This document shows, piece by piece, positions 8,116 through 16,910 of a stretch of DNA of 48,779 nt (position 1 is the first letter of the stretch; the number at the start of each line of letters is the position of its first letter). This DNA comes from a virus (lineage: Duplodnaviria; Caudoviricetes). The notes under the pieces are model-generated. The model had not been told where the DNA came from and searched no databases. It saw only the letters and a list, made by a program, of their open reading frames with translations. The DNA lies in the IMG/VR virus record IMGVR_UViG_3300044652_000067, positions 1 to 48,779 of that record. One strand, 5' to 3'. Made by a program: the position numbers and the translations under genes.

Positions 8116-8279
8116 TCACCGCCTGGGACGAGTTCACCGCCGCTGACCTGACCGCTGGCAAGCCGGACTGGCGTCTTATCGCTGCTGCTTTCTCTTTCTC
8201 TGCCCTGATGCTTCTTGCTGCTGCTGGCTGCGCGGTAGGAGTGGTGAGGGCTCTACGTAGCAAGGAAAGAACCCAATGA
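8112..8279 (+). CDS. 55-aa single-TM protein (not in the ORF track)
   Basis: ATGA-coupled at both ends; MITAWDEF...LIAAAFSFSALMLLAAAGCAVGVV. Confidence 0.55.
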   Translation: MITAWDEFTAADLTAGKPDWRLIAAAFSFSALMLLAAAGCAVGVVRALRSKERTQ

Positions 8280-9022
8280 CCACGACAGGCGAACGGCCGA
8301 CCAGTCAGCAGGTTGAGCGGAAACTGCCGGTGAACATCGGCGTGCCGATCCGCGGCTTGGATGAGGCGTACCGGCTGGCGCAGAACCTCGCCGTATCCTC
8401 GCTGCTGCCCGACGCTTTGCGCGGTAAGCCGTCCGATGCGCTGGCGATCATCATGTACGGCCAGGAGCTCGGTATCGCCCCGATGCAGGCGATCCAGTCG
8501 ATCCACGTGGTGCGTGGGAAGCCTCAACTCTCCGCCGACCTTTGGGCAGCGCTCGCTCGGCGGGCTGGGCACAAGGTCCGTTGGGGTCAGTGCGACTCGT
8601 ATTCGGCGACCGTGACGATCCAACGCGGCGATGACCCTGACCATCCCCACACTGAGACGTTCACGCTGGAAGACGCAGTGCTCGCTGGGCTGTGCGAAAT
8701 CCGCGACGGCAAGGTCTACGCCCGGTCGTCGAGCGGCAAGCCCACGCCCTGGGAGACCTACACAAAGCGCATGCTCAAGAACCGCGCGATCTCGTTCTGC
8801 GGCAAGACACAGTGCCCGGAGGTTGCGCTGGGGTTCGCCATCGAGGGCGACTACGACTACATCCCGGATGACGAACCGGCAGCGGTGCGGCACGTTCAGC
8901 CGCAACCGCATGACCGGGTGGTGGACGCCGAAGTCATCGAGCAGGAACCGGACCAAATCGCAGCCGACATTGCCGCCGCCGCCGCCGAGTTCGAACAGCC
9001 CACCCTGGACGGTGGCGAGTGA
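8276..9022 (+). CDS. recT: RecT/Red-beta-like single-strand annealing protein
   Basis: LLPDALRGKPSDALAIIMYGQELGIAPMQAIQSIHVVRGKP..SA, W..Y.KRML..RA, acidic tail VVDAEVIE. Confidence 0.8.
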   Translation: MTTTGERPTSQQVERKLPVNIGVPIRGLDEAYRLAQNLAVSSLLPDALRGKPSDALAIIMYGQELGIAPMQAIQSIHVVRGKPQLSADLWAALARRAGHKVRWGQCDSYSATVTIQRGDDPDHPHTETFTLEDAVLAGLCEIRDGKVYARSSSGKPTPWETYTKRMLKNRAISFCGKTQCPEVALGFAIEGDYDYIPDDEPAAVRHVQPQPHDRVVDAEVIEQEPDQIAADIAAAAAEFEQPTLDGGE

Positions 9023-9927
9023 GCAGCACCGCCGAACTGCTGCTGCTCGCCGACCGGCAGCGGCCGAGAGCGGCGCAGCGGGAAATCGGCATGTCCGACC
9101 TCGGAGCCTGCCGCCGGCGCACCGGCTACAAGATGGCCGGGTTCGACCCGGTGAACGAAGTCGGCTCGGTGCAGGCCGTGATGGGCTCAGCCATTCACGA
9201 CATGGTCGCCGACATCCTCCGGTCGATCGCGCAGCCGGGCGACCTGGTTGAGCATGAGGTCCGGTACGCGGGCATCCTCGGCCACCTCGACAGGTACGAG
9301 GCCGAGACGCAGACCGTGGTGGACACGAAGACAACCTCGTCACGCTGGCTGGAACACATCAAGCTGCACGGCCCGGAGCACGCCCACTTGTGGCAGGTGT
9401 CCTGCTACGGCGCGGCGCTCATCACCGAGGGAATCCCGGTGAAGCGGGTACGGATCGAGTACCTGGCGCGGGACACGGGCGAGGAGTACGTCTGGCCGTC
9501 GATCGAGGGACGGCCTATTAACCCGCAGGACGTTCGGGACGCACTGAACTGGCTGCGGATGGTGCGGGACACGCCGCTGGAGATGCTGCCCCGCGACTAT
9601 GAGCCGGACTCGGTGTACTGCCGCGGCTGTCCGTTCGGCGGCATGGACGGCGGCATCTGCTGGGAGGGCCACATCCCTGGCCGGGACTTGCGTTCGGTGC
9701 TGTACGTCGAGAACCCGGACGCCGAGATGTGGGCCGAGCAACTGTGGCAGGCACGCGAGGCGCGGAAAGAAGCCGAGAAAGCCGAAGCTGAGGCGCGGGG
9801 CGCGCTGACCGCTGTCGTCTACGACCACGGCAAGACCGTCAAGATCGGCGACCGGTACTTGCGGCTGACCGCGAACGGGCAAATGAAGTTCGTCTCCGGC
9901 CCGCGCAAGGTGGAGATCAGCGCATGA
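9019..9927 (+). CDS. Cas4/RecB-like PD-(D/E)XK exonuclease
   Basis: SDLGACRR, GSAIHD, GHLDRY..VVDTKT, QVSCYG, C-terminal CxxCPF..C (four Cys for an Fe-S cluster); adjacent to RecT. Confidence 0.85.
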   Translation: MSSTAELLLLADRQRPRAAQREIGMSDLGACRRRTGYKMAGFDPVNEVGSVQAVMGSAIHDMVADILRSIAQPGDLVEHEVRYAGILGHLDRYEAETQTVVDTKTTSSRWLEHIKLHGPEHAHLWQVSCYGAALITEGIPVKRVRIEYLARDTGEEYVWPSIEGRPINPQDVRDALNWLRMVRDTPLEMLPRDYEPDSVYCRGCPFGGMDGGICWEGHIPGRDLRSVLYVENPDAEMWAEQLWQAREARKEAEKAEAEARGALTAVVYDHGKTVKIGDRYLRLTANGQMKFVSGPRKVEISA

Positions 9928-10232
9928 AGCTGACCATGAGCGAAGCCGACCTCCAGCGGACCATCACCGACACCGCCGGGCTGTTCGGCTGGCACTGGGT
10001 GCACATCCGAGCCGTCCAGCAGCGCGGACGGTGGTCGGTGCCGTACGAGGGAATGCCGGGACTGCCTGACCTGATCCTCGCCAAGAACGGCCGGGTGATC
10101 CTCGCCGAGCTGAAATCGAATCGCGGCGCGACCACTCCCGACCAGGACGGCTGGCTCACTGCCGCAGGCGCTTCCGGTCGGCTGTGGCGTCCCGCTGATC
10201 TGCCCGCTGCTATCGAGGAGTTGCGGTCGTGA
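9924..10232 (+). CDS. VRR-NUC domain nuclease
   Basis: SEADLQ, GLPDLIL, AELKS..G....Q..W, LWRPAD. Confidence 0.85.
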   Translation: MKLTMSEADLQRTITDTAGLFGWHWVHIRAVQQRGRWSVPYEGMPGLPDLILAKNGRVILAELKSNRGATTPDQDGWLTAAGASGRLWRPADLPAAIEELRS

Positions 10233-10353
10233 GCGTTCGAGAATTCCCTTATCCGGCAAGTCTGAACACGGTAGACTCGTGTTGGTCGCCCCCGCCCAAA
10301 GTTGCAGCTCTGGACGGGGACTTCGCACCATCCGAGCGAGCGGAAGGTACGCA

Positions 10354-10605
10354 ATGACGAACGATACCCAAGAAGCAAGGGCAGCGGCACAGCCACCGTT
10401 AGAGGCGGTCAGCACACGCGAGCTTGAGAAAGCCCTGCGTGCGTACATCGCGGCAGACCCGGAGTGCGACGGTAACAGCGGTCTCTGCCGACGCTGCGTT
10501 GCCGAAGAACTGCTCGACCTGTGCCTGCATCCGACGCCGCCCGATTCCGAATCCGAGGATGACCTTTCGGGTTCTGTCCCTCTATCGGAGGGTGACCAGA
10601 AGTGA
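10354..10605 (+). CDS. Hypothetical protein
   Basis: GGAAGG RBS; coupled to the next gene. Confidence 0.45.
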   Translation: MTNDTQEARAAAQPPLEAVSTRELEKALRAYIAADPECDGNSGLCRRCVAEELLDLCLHPTPPDSESEDDLSGSVPLSEGDQK

Positions 10606-10898
10606 GCGGAGACAGCAAGTTGGTCGTTTACAAGTACCCGTTGCCGGAGGTCGATAACGTCCTTGAGCTACCGGTGGGCGCGCGGCTGCTGCACGTCGAT
10701 GCGCAGCACGGCGCGCCGATGCTGTGGGCAATGGTCGAGCCCGGCCCAGACGTGGAGGCCCGGCGCATCCTGATAGCCGGGACAGGGCAGCCGATCGACG
10801 TAGAGCAAGAGGCGCTGACCCATATCAGCACCTTCCTTGTCTCCGGCGGCATCTTTGTGTCCCACGCCTTCGAGGTTCGGTCGGAGGGTGGCGAGTAG
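10602..10898 (+). CDS. Conserved-looking phage hypothetical protein
   Basis: VYKYPL..LELPVGARLLHV..Q...MLWA.V....GTG pattern, recalled from phage early genes. Confidence 0.7.
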   Translation: MSGDSKLVVYKYPLPEVDNVLELPVGARLLHVDAQHGAPMLWAMVEPGPDVEARRILIAGTGQPIDVEQEALTHISTFLVSGGIFVSHAFEVRSEGGE

Positions 10899-11216
10899 AT
10901 GAGCGACCAACCGAACGGCGGGAACCGCTTCGGGCCGTTCTGCGATGCACCGGAGCTTGATGCGGCCAAGCAGGCAATCGAGGGCCTTCCCGTTGGCATT
11001 CGCGGCGAGGTGCTGCCGCTCGCGTACACCGAGTCGATCGCCGCAGCAGCGCTCCGCGCAGCCCTTCCCATTGTCGAGGGCCGAATCCGCGCCGATCTGA
11101 TCGATGCCGCGCAGAACGTCCGGCCTGACGTGACGCGGGAATGGCTCACGCACTGGCTTGTGAGCAACAACCCGGTTGGTGCTGCTATCCCCCGAGTAGA
11201 GGGAGGACGGCAGTAA
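10899..11216 (+). CDS. Hypothetical protein
   Basis: GGAGG RBS; abutting genes. Confidence 0.55.
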   Translation: MSDQPNGGNRFGPFCDAPELDAAKQAIEGLPVGIRGEVLPLAYTESIAAAALRAALPIVEGRIRADLIDAAQNVRPDVTREWLTHWLVSNNPVGAAIPRVEGGRQ

Positions 11217-11785
11217 TGGGCTGGGCTGTCGGCTACGACAGATGGTGGTGCCGAGATATCGGCTACGGCGTGCCTGCCACCTGCGACTATCCAGGATGCG
11301 CCGAGCAGATCGACCGTGGACTCGGTTATGCCTGCTGCGATGGTGAGGGTGAGGGCTGCGGCCTGTTCTTCTGCGGTGAGCACGGCGCGCTTGCCGAATG
11401 TGATCACGTGTTCAAGGACGACCCGGACTACCGTCCGTCGCAGGACGTGAGCGAGTGGCTTCTGCATAAGCTGGTTGACGAGTCGTGGCAGCAGTGGCGC
11501 GCCGAGAACCCCGAGATGGTCGCCGTTTACCGGCGAATCTTGGTCGAACGCGGCGACATGCGGGTGCTTCGCATGCGAACGGCTTGGAACAAGCTGACTC
11601 GCTGGCTGTTCGCCCCGTCGTTCCGATGGTTCGCTGCGTGGCTCTACTCCGGCTGGGCGGTCGCGCTGATCATCCACGCATGGCTGTGGACAATCAGCAT
11701 CCTGGCGTACTTCGGCCTGACGGTGCTGTGCGTGGTCGCGAGCGCGGCGCTGGGCTGCACCATCTGGCAGTGGAGGCGGTCGTGA
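11216..11785 (+). CDS. Cys-rich phage protein with a C-terminal TM extension
   Basis: MGWAVGYD..RDIGYGVPATCDYPGC..IDRGLGYAC..GCGLFFC..H zinc-binding pattern, followed by two hydrophobic helices. Confidence 0.7.
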   Translation: MGWAVGYDRWWCRDIGYGVPATCDYPGCAEQIDRGLGYACCDGEGEGCGLFFCGEHGALAECDHVFKDDPDYRPSQDVSEWLLHKLVDESWQQWRAENPEMVAVYRRILVERGDMRVLRMRTAWNKLTRWLFAPSFRWFAAWLYSGWAVALIIHAWLWTISILAYFGLTVLCVVASAALGCTIWQWRRS

Positions 11786-12144
11786 AGCGCTCCCGTCTCG
11801 AACGCCGAACCTCCTTGAAGCCGGTCAGTGAGAAGAAGAAAGCCCAAGGGTTCCGCTGGTCCACCCTGAACCCGGTAAGCGCCAAGAGACAGCGGCAGAA
11901 CCGGCAGCGCACCGAACTGCTGCGGGAGCCGCGGATCTACCCGCAGGTGTGCGCCGTGCCGTGGTGCACGAACGTCGGCGACTCGCCGCACGAGCCGCTG
12001 ACCCGCGCCAGGGGCGGCAGCATCACCGACCCCGCCAACATCGTCATGGTCTGCTGGCCCCACAATCAGGAACTCACCCTAGAACCGCCGTGGGCGTACG
12101 AGCTGGGGCTGCTGGTGCACTCCTGGGACGGAGGCGCGGCATGA
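11782..12144 (+). CDS. HNH endonuclease-like protein
   Basis: KR..L.RRT.LK leader, C....C..HE...RARGGS..D..N....CW.HN. Confidence 0.75.
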   Translation: MKRSRLERRTSLKPVSEKKKAQGFRWSTLNPVSAKRQRQNRQRTELLREPRIYPQVCAVPWCTNVGDSPHEPLTRARGGSITDPANIVMVCWPHNQELTLEPPWAYELGLLVHSWDGGAA

Positions 12145-13007
12145 GCGGCCTGACGATCACGGACCTGTTCTGCGGTGCCGGTGGGTCCGGGCTCGGCGCA
12201 GCAGCAGCGGGCTACCAGTTGGTCATCGCCGCGAATCACTGGCAGCTCGCTATCGACACGCACGCGACGAACTTCCCCGACGCCGAGCATGACTGCGCCG
12301 ATATCAGCCAGGTCAACCCGCGTCGGTATCCGGCAACGGACGTCCTGTGGGCCAGTCCGGAGTGCACGAACCACAGCCAGGCCAAGGGAAGACGGCGGCA
12401 GGTGATCGACGGGCCGGACCTGTTCGCGCTCGTCGTCCCGGTCGAGGGCAGGGAAGGCAAGCGAGCCCAGCCGGCTAGTGCCCCGCTCAGGACCATGACC
12501 GCGCGTGCCGAGACTGCGCTGGTTGTGCCGTACTACAGCGCATCGGAGTCGGCCAGCTCGGCGGCCGAACCGATAGGCACCCTGACGACGCATGACCGGT
12601 ACGGCATCGCGTTCGTCGCTGAGTTGCGCGGCGGCGGGTCGCACGCCCGCAACGTCACCGAACCGCTCGCCACCGTCGTGGCATCGGGCAACCATCACAT
12701 GCTCGTCAGGCAGAACACCGCACGCGGCAACCCCGGCCAGATGTGCACGTCCGCGGCCGAACCCATGCGGACCTTGACCACGGCCGGGCACCAGTCGCTC
12801 GTCTCGATCGAGCAGGCCGTAGCCGACTGCAGCTTCCGGATGCTGGAGCCTGCCGAGATACAGCTGGCGATGGCCTTTGGCGCCGAATATCGGGTACTGG
12901 GCAACCGTCGCGAGAAGGTGCGCCAGCTCGGCAACGGCGTCACACCTCCCGCTGCCGAGTTCCTGCTACGGGCCATTGCTGAATCACTCGATGGGAGTGC
13001 CGCATGA
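12141..13007 (+). CDS. C5 cytosine DNA methyltransferase with an apparent in-frame internal deletion (possibly inactive)
   Basis: Motif I DLFCGAGG, motif IV ASPECTNHS and motifs IX/X RMLEPAE..QLGNGV are present; no ENV (VI) or QxRxR (VIII). Confidence 0.8.
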   Translation: MSGLTITDLFCGAGGSGLGAAAAGYQLVIAANHWQLAIDTHATNFPDAEHDCADISQVNPRRYPATDVLWASPECTNHSQAKGRRRQVIDGPDLFALVVPVEGREGKRAQPASAPLRTMTARAETALVVPYYSASESASSAAEPIGTLTTHDRYGIAFVAELRGGGSHARNVTEPLATVVASGNHHMLVRQNTARGNPGQMCTSAAEPMRTLTTAGHQSLVSIEQAVADCSFRMLEPAEIQLAMAFGAEYRVLGNRREKVRQLGNGVTPPAAEFLLRAIAESLDGSAA

Positions 13008-13378
13008 CCACCATCCTTGACTCGATACAGCGGCGTCTAGCCGAAATAACAGAGAGAGAACAGCGCAGCCAGGCGAACACTGCGCTCATCGGCGCGTCCG
13101 ACGTTCCTGCACTGGTAGCCGCACTCAATGCCCTGCTTGAACTGCACAGAATCGAGAAGCGTTACCAGCCCGGCCCGGACTACATGCACTCGTACGACAC
13201 GCCAGAAGATGCCGCCGCTGCTGAGGCTGTCGAGCTATCGCAGGTGACCCATTTCGATGTCTGCGCTCACTGCGGCTCCATCGAGATGGGCGATGAGCAC
13301 GACCGGGACTACCGCGAATCATTGTGGCCTTGTTCAACGGTTAAGGCGGTCGCTTCTGCTCTGGGGGTGTCGGCATGA
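13004..13378 (+). CDS. Hypothetical protein
   Basis: ATGA coupling; LLELH..CAHC..WPC.TV pattern. Confidence 0.65.
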   Translation: MTTILDSIQRRLAEITEREQRSQANTALIGASDVPALVAALNALLELHRIEKRYQPGPDYMHSYDTPEDAAAAEAVELSQVTHFDVCAHCGSIEMGDEHDRDYRESLWPCSTVKAVASALGVSA

Positions 13379-13713
13379 ACCTCGACAACATGTCGAACAA
13401 CTACGTGCAAGCAACGCAGCGGTTCATGCGCGTCAGTCGAGAGGTGCCGTCAGGACTGGCGCTCGTCGGGGTTGTTCAGCCCCCCGAGTGGATGATCGGC
13501 GCGGTCTGCGCCGAGGTGGACCCCGAAATCTTCTTCCCGGAGAAGGGCGGCTCGACCCGAGACGCCAAGCGGGTGTGCATGGGCTGCGATGTCCGAGTCG
13601 AATGCCTGGAGTACGCGCTTGAGCGGCAGGAGCGGTTCGGCATCTTCGGTGGCAAGTCCGAGCGGGAACGGCGCCGGATACTTCGTGAGCGTGCGGCCGG
13701 TGAGGCGGCATGA
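13375..13713 (+). CDS. whiB: WhiB-family Fe-S transcription factor (WhiB2-like)
   Basis: CAEVDPEIFFPEKGGSTRDAKRVCMGCDVRVECLEYAL..ERFGIFGG.SERERR with four Cys. Confidence 0.93.
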   Translation: MNLDNMSNNYVQATQRFMRVSREVPSGLALVGVVQPPEWMIGAVCAEVDPEIFFPEKGGSTRDAKRVCMGCDVRVECLEYALERQERFGIFGGKSERERRRILRERAAGEAA

Positions 13714-14027
13714 CCGCCACTGTCACCACCATCCACCCGAAACGGTTCGACCAAGCCCCGGACGGCCACATCACCGCTGCTGTGCTCTGCGCACGTTCCG
13801 GTCTCACCTACCAGCAGCGGGACTTCTGGACCCGCTGCGGCCTGCTGGAGGCCGTCAGTGACTGGTATCCGGTGATTGAGGCAGCCGTGGCGGCCGTCGC
13901 CCTGGCGCTGATCGAGTGCGGGTTCACCCTCCGGCCGGCCGTCGAGCTCGCCCGCCGCATCGTTGCTGGCGAATCTGTTTCTCTCGCTGACGGTCTTGTC
14001 CGTCTCGCACCACCGGAGACGGCATGA
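13710..14027 (+). CDS. MerR-like HTH protein
   Basis: LCARSGLTYQQRDFWTRCGLL resembles a MerR-type winged helix. Confidence 0.5.
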   Translation: MTATVTTIHPKRFDQAPDGHITAAVLCARSGLTYQQRDFWTRCGLLEAVSDWYPVIEAAVAAVALALIECGFTLRPAVELARRIVAGESVSLADGLVRLAPPETA

Positions 14028-14677
14028 CCGGCCGTCCGCAGTCGCCACGAGTGCCCAAGGACTGCCAGCACGGTGGACGCCACACGCACGGCACCTCACT
14101 GGCCTACCGTTCCGACGGTTGCCGATGCCTTGCTTGCACGGCGGCCTGTGCCGACGAATACCGCAACCGTGCCCGCCGCAAGGCCTACGGGCAGCTCGAG
14201 CAGCAGCGGTACCCCCTGATTGGAGCTCAGCGCCGATTGCAGGCATTGACAGCGATCGGTTGGAGTGCCCGCGCGCTGGCAGGAGAATCCGGCCTGTACC
14301 CGACGTTGATTCAGGTCATTCGCAATGGGCGCGCCACGTATGTCCACCGGTCGACGCACCTCGCAATCGTTGAGCTATATGACCGTCTCTGGAATCAATC
14401 ACCACCGATGCGGACGAAGGATGAAAAGGGCGCGGCGACACGAGCCCGGCAGCACGCGGCGCGGCAGCGATGGCGGCCGCCGATGTTCTGGGACGACGAC
14501 CTGATCGACACGCCACCGAAGGTGAGGGTCAAGCCTGTCCAGCAACTTGCGCCGTGCGGCACTTATGCGGCCTACCGTCGCCACGTCCGACGAGGCCAGC
14601 AACCATGCGGCGAATGCTCGGCGGCATGGCTGAGGTACAAGCAGTCGCGCCGACAAGCAATTAAGGAGGCGGCATGA
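14024..14677 (+). CDS. HTH DNA-binding protein with Cys/His motifs
   Basis: HGT..YR..GCRC..C, RRLQALTAIGWSARALAGESG, PCGTYAAYRRH....PC..C. Confidence 0.7.
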   Translation: MTGRPQSPRVPKDCQHGGRHTHGTSLAYRSDGCRCLACTAACADEYRNRARRKAYGQLEQQRYPLIGAQRRLQALTAIGWSARALAGESGLYPTLIQVIRNGRATYVHRSTHLAIVELYDRLWNQSPPMRTKDEKGAATRARQHAARQRWRPPMFWDDDLIDTPPKVRVKPVQQLAPCGTYAAYRRHVRRGQQPCGECSAAWLRYKQSRRQAIKEAA

Positions 14678-14859
14678 CCTATCCACCGAGCACCGAAGTC
14701 CGGCTGCTGGTCGGCATCGGCTCATGGCCTGCAGGTTCGGTGGGTGTCGTTGAGCCGATCGAACAGGGCCTGCTGAACGGTTACGACTTGGCCGTACGTC
14801 TGGGAATCGACACGCGGTTTTGCGTCTACAGGCACGAGGTTGAGCAGGTGGCCCAGTGA
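14674..14859 (+). CDS. Hypothetical protein
   Basis: AAGGAGG RBS; ATGA coupling. Confidence 0.55.
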   Translation: MTYPPSTEVRLLVGIGSWPAGSVGVVEPIEQGLLNGYDLAVRLGIDTRFCVYRHEVEQVAQ

Positions 14860-15263
14860 CCGAGACATACGCCGACCTCGGTGGGCAGCCGAGCAACCAG
14901 CTCAGCGTCAAGGGTGAGGCGTTCCTGGCTGCGCTCAGCCGCGAAGCCCGCGTAGCCTTCCACCGCACCGACGCGGCCCGTGCGGCGTTCATCCGCTGCA
15001 TCGAGCGTGGCTGGACACCGGAAGCCCTAGCTCGAGAATGCAGCCGCGACCTGGGCTCCGCTGCAAACGTGGGCGGGATCGTGCAGCACCGGCTGGAGCA
15101 GTGCGCCCGGACCGACCCGCCGAAGGCTGGTGGGCTGCCGCGGTTCGTTCAGCCGAAGCCGTGGTGCGGCCACTGCTCCGACGAGTACACGCGGTTCCGG
15201 CTCGACACCGATACGGCCGAGCGGTGCGACTGCTGGACCGATCCGAGAGGAGTGGCCGCCTGA
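14856..15263 (+). CDS. Hypothetical protein with a C-terminal Zn ribbon, resembling C-terminal regions of actinophage replication proteins
   Basis: GWTPEALAREC.RDL...RL, PWCGHC...TR....RCDC. Confidence 0.6.
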   Translation: MTETYADLGGQPSNQLSVKGEAFLAALSREARVAFHRTDAARAAFIRCIERGWTPEALARECSRDLGSAANVGGIVQHRLEQCARTDPPKAGGLPRFVQPKPWCGHCSDEYTRFRLDTDTAERCDCWTDPRGVAA

Positions 15264-15712
15264 TGGCCCGGATACGCACGATAAAGCCAGAGGTCCGTCG
15301 CTCCAGGACGGTCACCGCGTGGCCGCGGGACGTCCGCCTGACGTGGTCTTACCTGTGGTGCTATCTCGACGACGAAGGCCGTGGCGAGGATGATTTGCAG
15401 CTCATCAAGGCCGAACTGTTCCCGCGCGACCGTGACGTCACCGAGAAGCGTCTGGACGACTGGCTCTGGACCATCGTCGGAAGCAAGGACGAGCCACCAC
15501 TGTGTCGCTACACCGTTGACGGTGTCGACTACCTGCACGCGACCAACTGGCAGGAGCACCAACGGATCAACCGCCCCACGCCCTCCAGGCTGCCTCACTG
15601 TCCCTGGCATGAGGACGGCACGAACGGTCACGTCCGAAACCGTGACGGCTCCCGGAAGGCTCACGTACGTCTCACTGAATCCGGCGTGAGCCGAGCAGGG
15701 AATGCATCATGA
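15263..15712 (+). CDS. Replication initiator-like protein, N-terminal domain
   Basis: MARIRTIKPE..RLTW..LWCYLDDEGRG.D...IKAELFP.D, RY.VDG..YL...NW.EHQRINRPTPS, typical of phage replisome organisers. Confidence 0.75.
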   Translation: MARIRTIKPEVRRSRTVTAWPRDVRLTWSYLWCYLDDEGRGEDDLQLIKAELFPRDRDVTEKRLDDWLWTIVGSKDEPPLCRYTVDGVDYLHATNWQEHQRINRPTPSRLPHCPWHEDGTNGHVRNRDGSRKAHVRLTESGVSRAGNAS

Positions 15713-15918
15713 ATCACTCACTGAACCACCAAGTAAGCCTCCGTGATTCCTCACTACTCTCGCGCGCGCCCGCGGAACAGGGAAAGGAAGGGAAGGGAGC
15801 AAGGAAGGGAACAGGGAGCACTCCAGGACTCACCATCCACTCCAACGGTACGGAACCGTACCCGCTTGAGCCGCGCCACGGTGGACCTGGATGGATCAAC
15901 GAATCGAGGACGGCATGA
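15709..15918 (+). CDS. Probable out-of-frame continuation of the replication initiator
   Basis: Encodes the EQGKEGKGARKGTG linker that normally follows the N-terminal domain in the same polypeptide. Confidence 0.4.
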   Translation: MNHSLNHQVSLRDSSLLSRAPAEQGKEGKGARKGTGSTPGLTIHSNGTEPYPLEPRHGGPGWINESRTA

Positions 15919-16367
15919 CCGGGCTGCAACTGACGGTTGACGAGGTTCGACGGATCGCTGAGGGGATGCTGGAGTGGTGCCGGGATGAGCGGGCGGAGAT
16001 GCAAGTGCTCGGCTCGATCCTGATCCCGATCACGTCGGCGGTCCGGGCACGGGTAGCCGGCGAGATCGCAGCGGCGATCGAAGCTGAGCGAAGCGCTACC
16101 ACCGATGACCTGATCGGCAAGACGTGGAACACCGCCATCGTCTCGGCTGCGGCGATCGCCCGGCTGGCTGGCGGTGTGCCCGTCCGGGCACGCATAACCG
16201 ACCAGCCGACGGAGTGCGCGGGCGATGAGTGCCTGGCTAGCTTCGCCGGTGCCGCACCGGAGGGTTGGGAGTTCTGGCCGGATGGTGGCGCGGGTTGCGG
16301 CGATTCCTGGACGTGTCCGAGTTGCAGCACGTTCTACCAGCCGTCCGGACAGGACAGCCAGCGATGA
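15915..16367 (+). CDS. Hypothetical protein
   Basis: GAGG RBS, ATGA coupling; C-terminal Cys cluster. Confidence 0.55.
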   Translation: MTGLQLTVDEVRRIAEGMLEWCRDERAEMQVLGSILIPITSAVRARVAGEIAAAIEAERSATTDDLIGKTWNTAIVSAAAIARLAGGVPVRARITDQPTECAGDECLASFAGAAPEGWEFWPDGGAGCGDSWTCPSCSTFYQPSGQDSQR

Positions 16368-16675
16368 GTGTCGGCAAGGTGGAGTTCTTCGACGGTGCCG
16401 AGTGGGTGCCGGTCAGCAGCACGGCGGAGTTCCGCCCGCAGTTCGAGCCGGGCGAGCGCTGCACGGTACCGCCGGACGCCTGGGTGTGTACTCGGGTGGC
16501 TGGCCACGATGGGCCGTGCGCTGCGTGGCCGGCTGAGCGTCGGCGGCTGAGGCTCTACATCGACTTGCGGGATTGGTGGATCGGCTACTACCGGGCCGAC
16601 CGCTGGCATTACGTGTGCTTGCTGCCCTGCGTCGTGCTGCGCTGGCCGAGACGAGGCGGTTCCGATGTCGGCTGA
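16364..16675 (+). CDS. Hypothetical protein
   Basis: ATGA coupling; CTRVAGHDGPCAA motif and RDWWIGYY..YVCLLPC. Confidence 0.55.
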   Translation: MSVGKVEFFDGAEWVPVSSTAEFRPQFEPGERCTVPPDAWVCTRVAGHDGPCAAWPAERRRLRLYIDLRDWWIGYYRADRWHYVCLLPCVVLRWPRRGGSDVG

Positions 16676-16910
16676 GGTGTTCGATGTGGATCACGCTGGT
16701 GTGGAGGCGGCCCGGTTGCCGGTGGCGTCGGCTGAGCGGGTGTCGTTGCGCCGGTTTCTGCGGCGGTGGCCGCCGGATATCGGTCAGCATGACGCGACTG
16801 AGTCTTGTAATCAGTGCTGGGTTCCTAATGGTGATCCGTCGGCTGGTCCTGATTACAACCTGATGCCGGAGAAGTTCTGCCCGTACGTCAAGAAGGAGCC
16901 GAAACAGTGA
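16665..16910 (+). CDS. Hypothetical protein
   Basis: GAGG RBS; G/T-rich codon usage unlike its neighbours. Confidence 0.4.
   Translation: MSAEVFDVDHAGVEAARLPVASAERVSLRRFLRRWPPDIGQHDATESCNQCWVPNGDPSAGPDYNLMPEKFCPYVKKEPKQ

Noticed and set aside
7982-9343. 453-aa minus-strand ORF and similar long antisense ORFs (e.g. 10628-11677, 32176-33351, 35286-36638)
   Set aside because: Shadow frames of well-supported plus-strand genes in high-GC DNA; Arg/Pro-rich or motif-free translations.
9019-9927. Cas4-like gene as a sign of CRISPR-Cas
   Set aside because: No repeat-spacer array or other cas genes; its context next to RecT indicates a phage recombination exonuclease.
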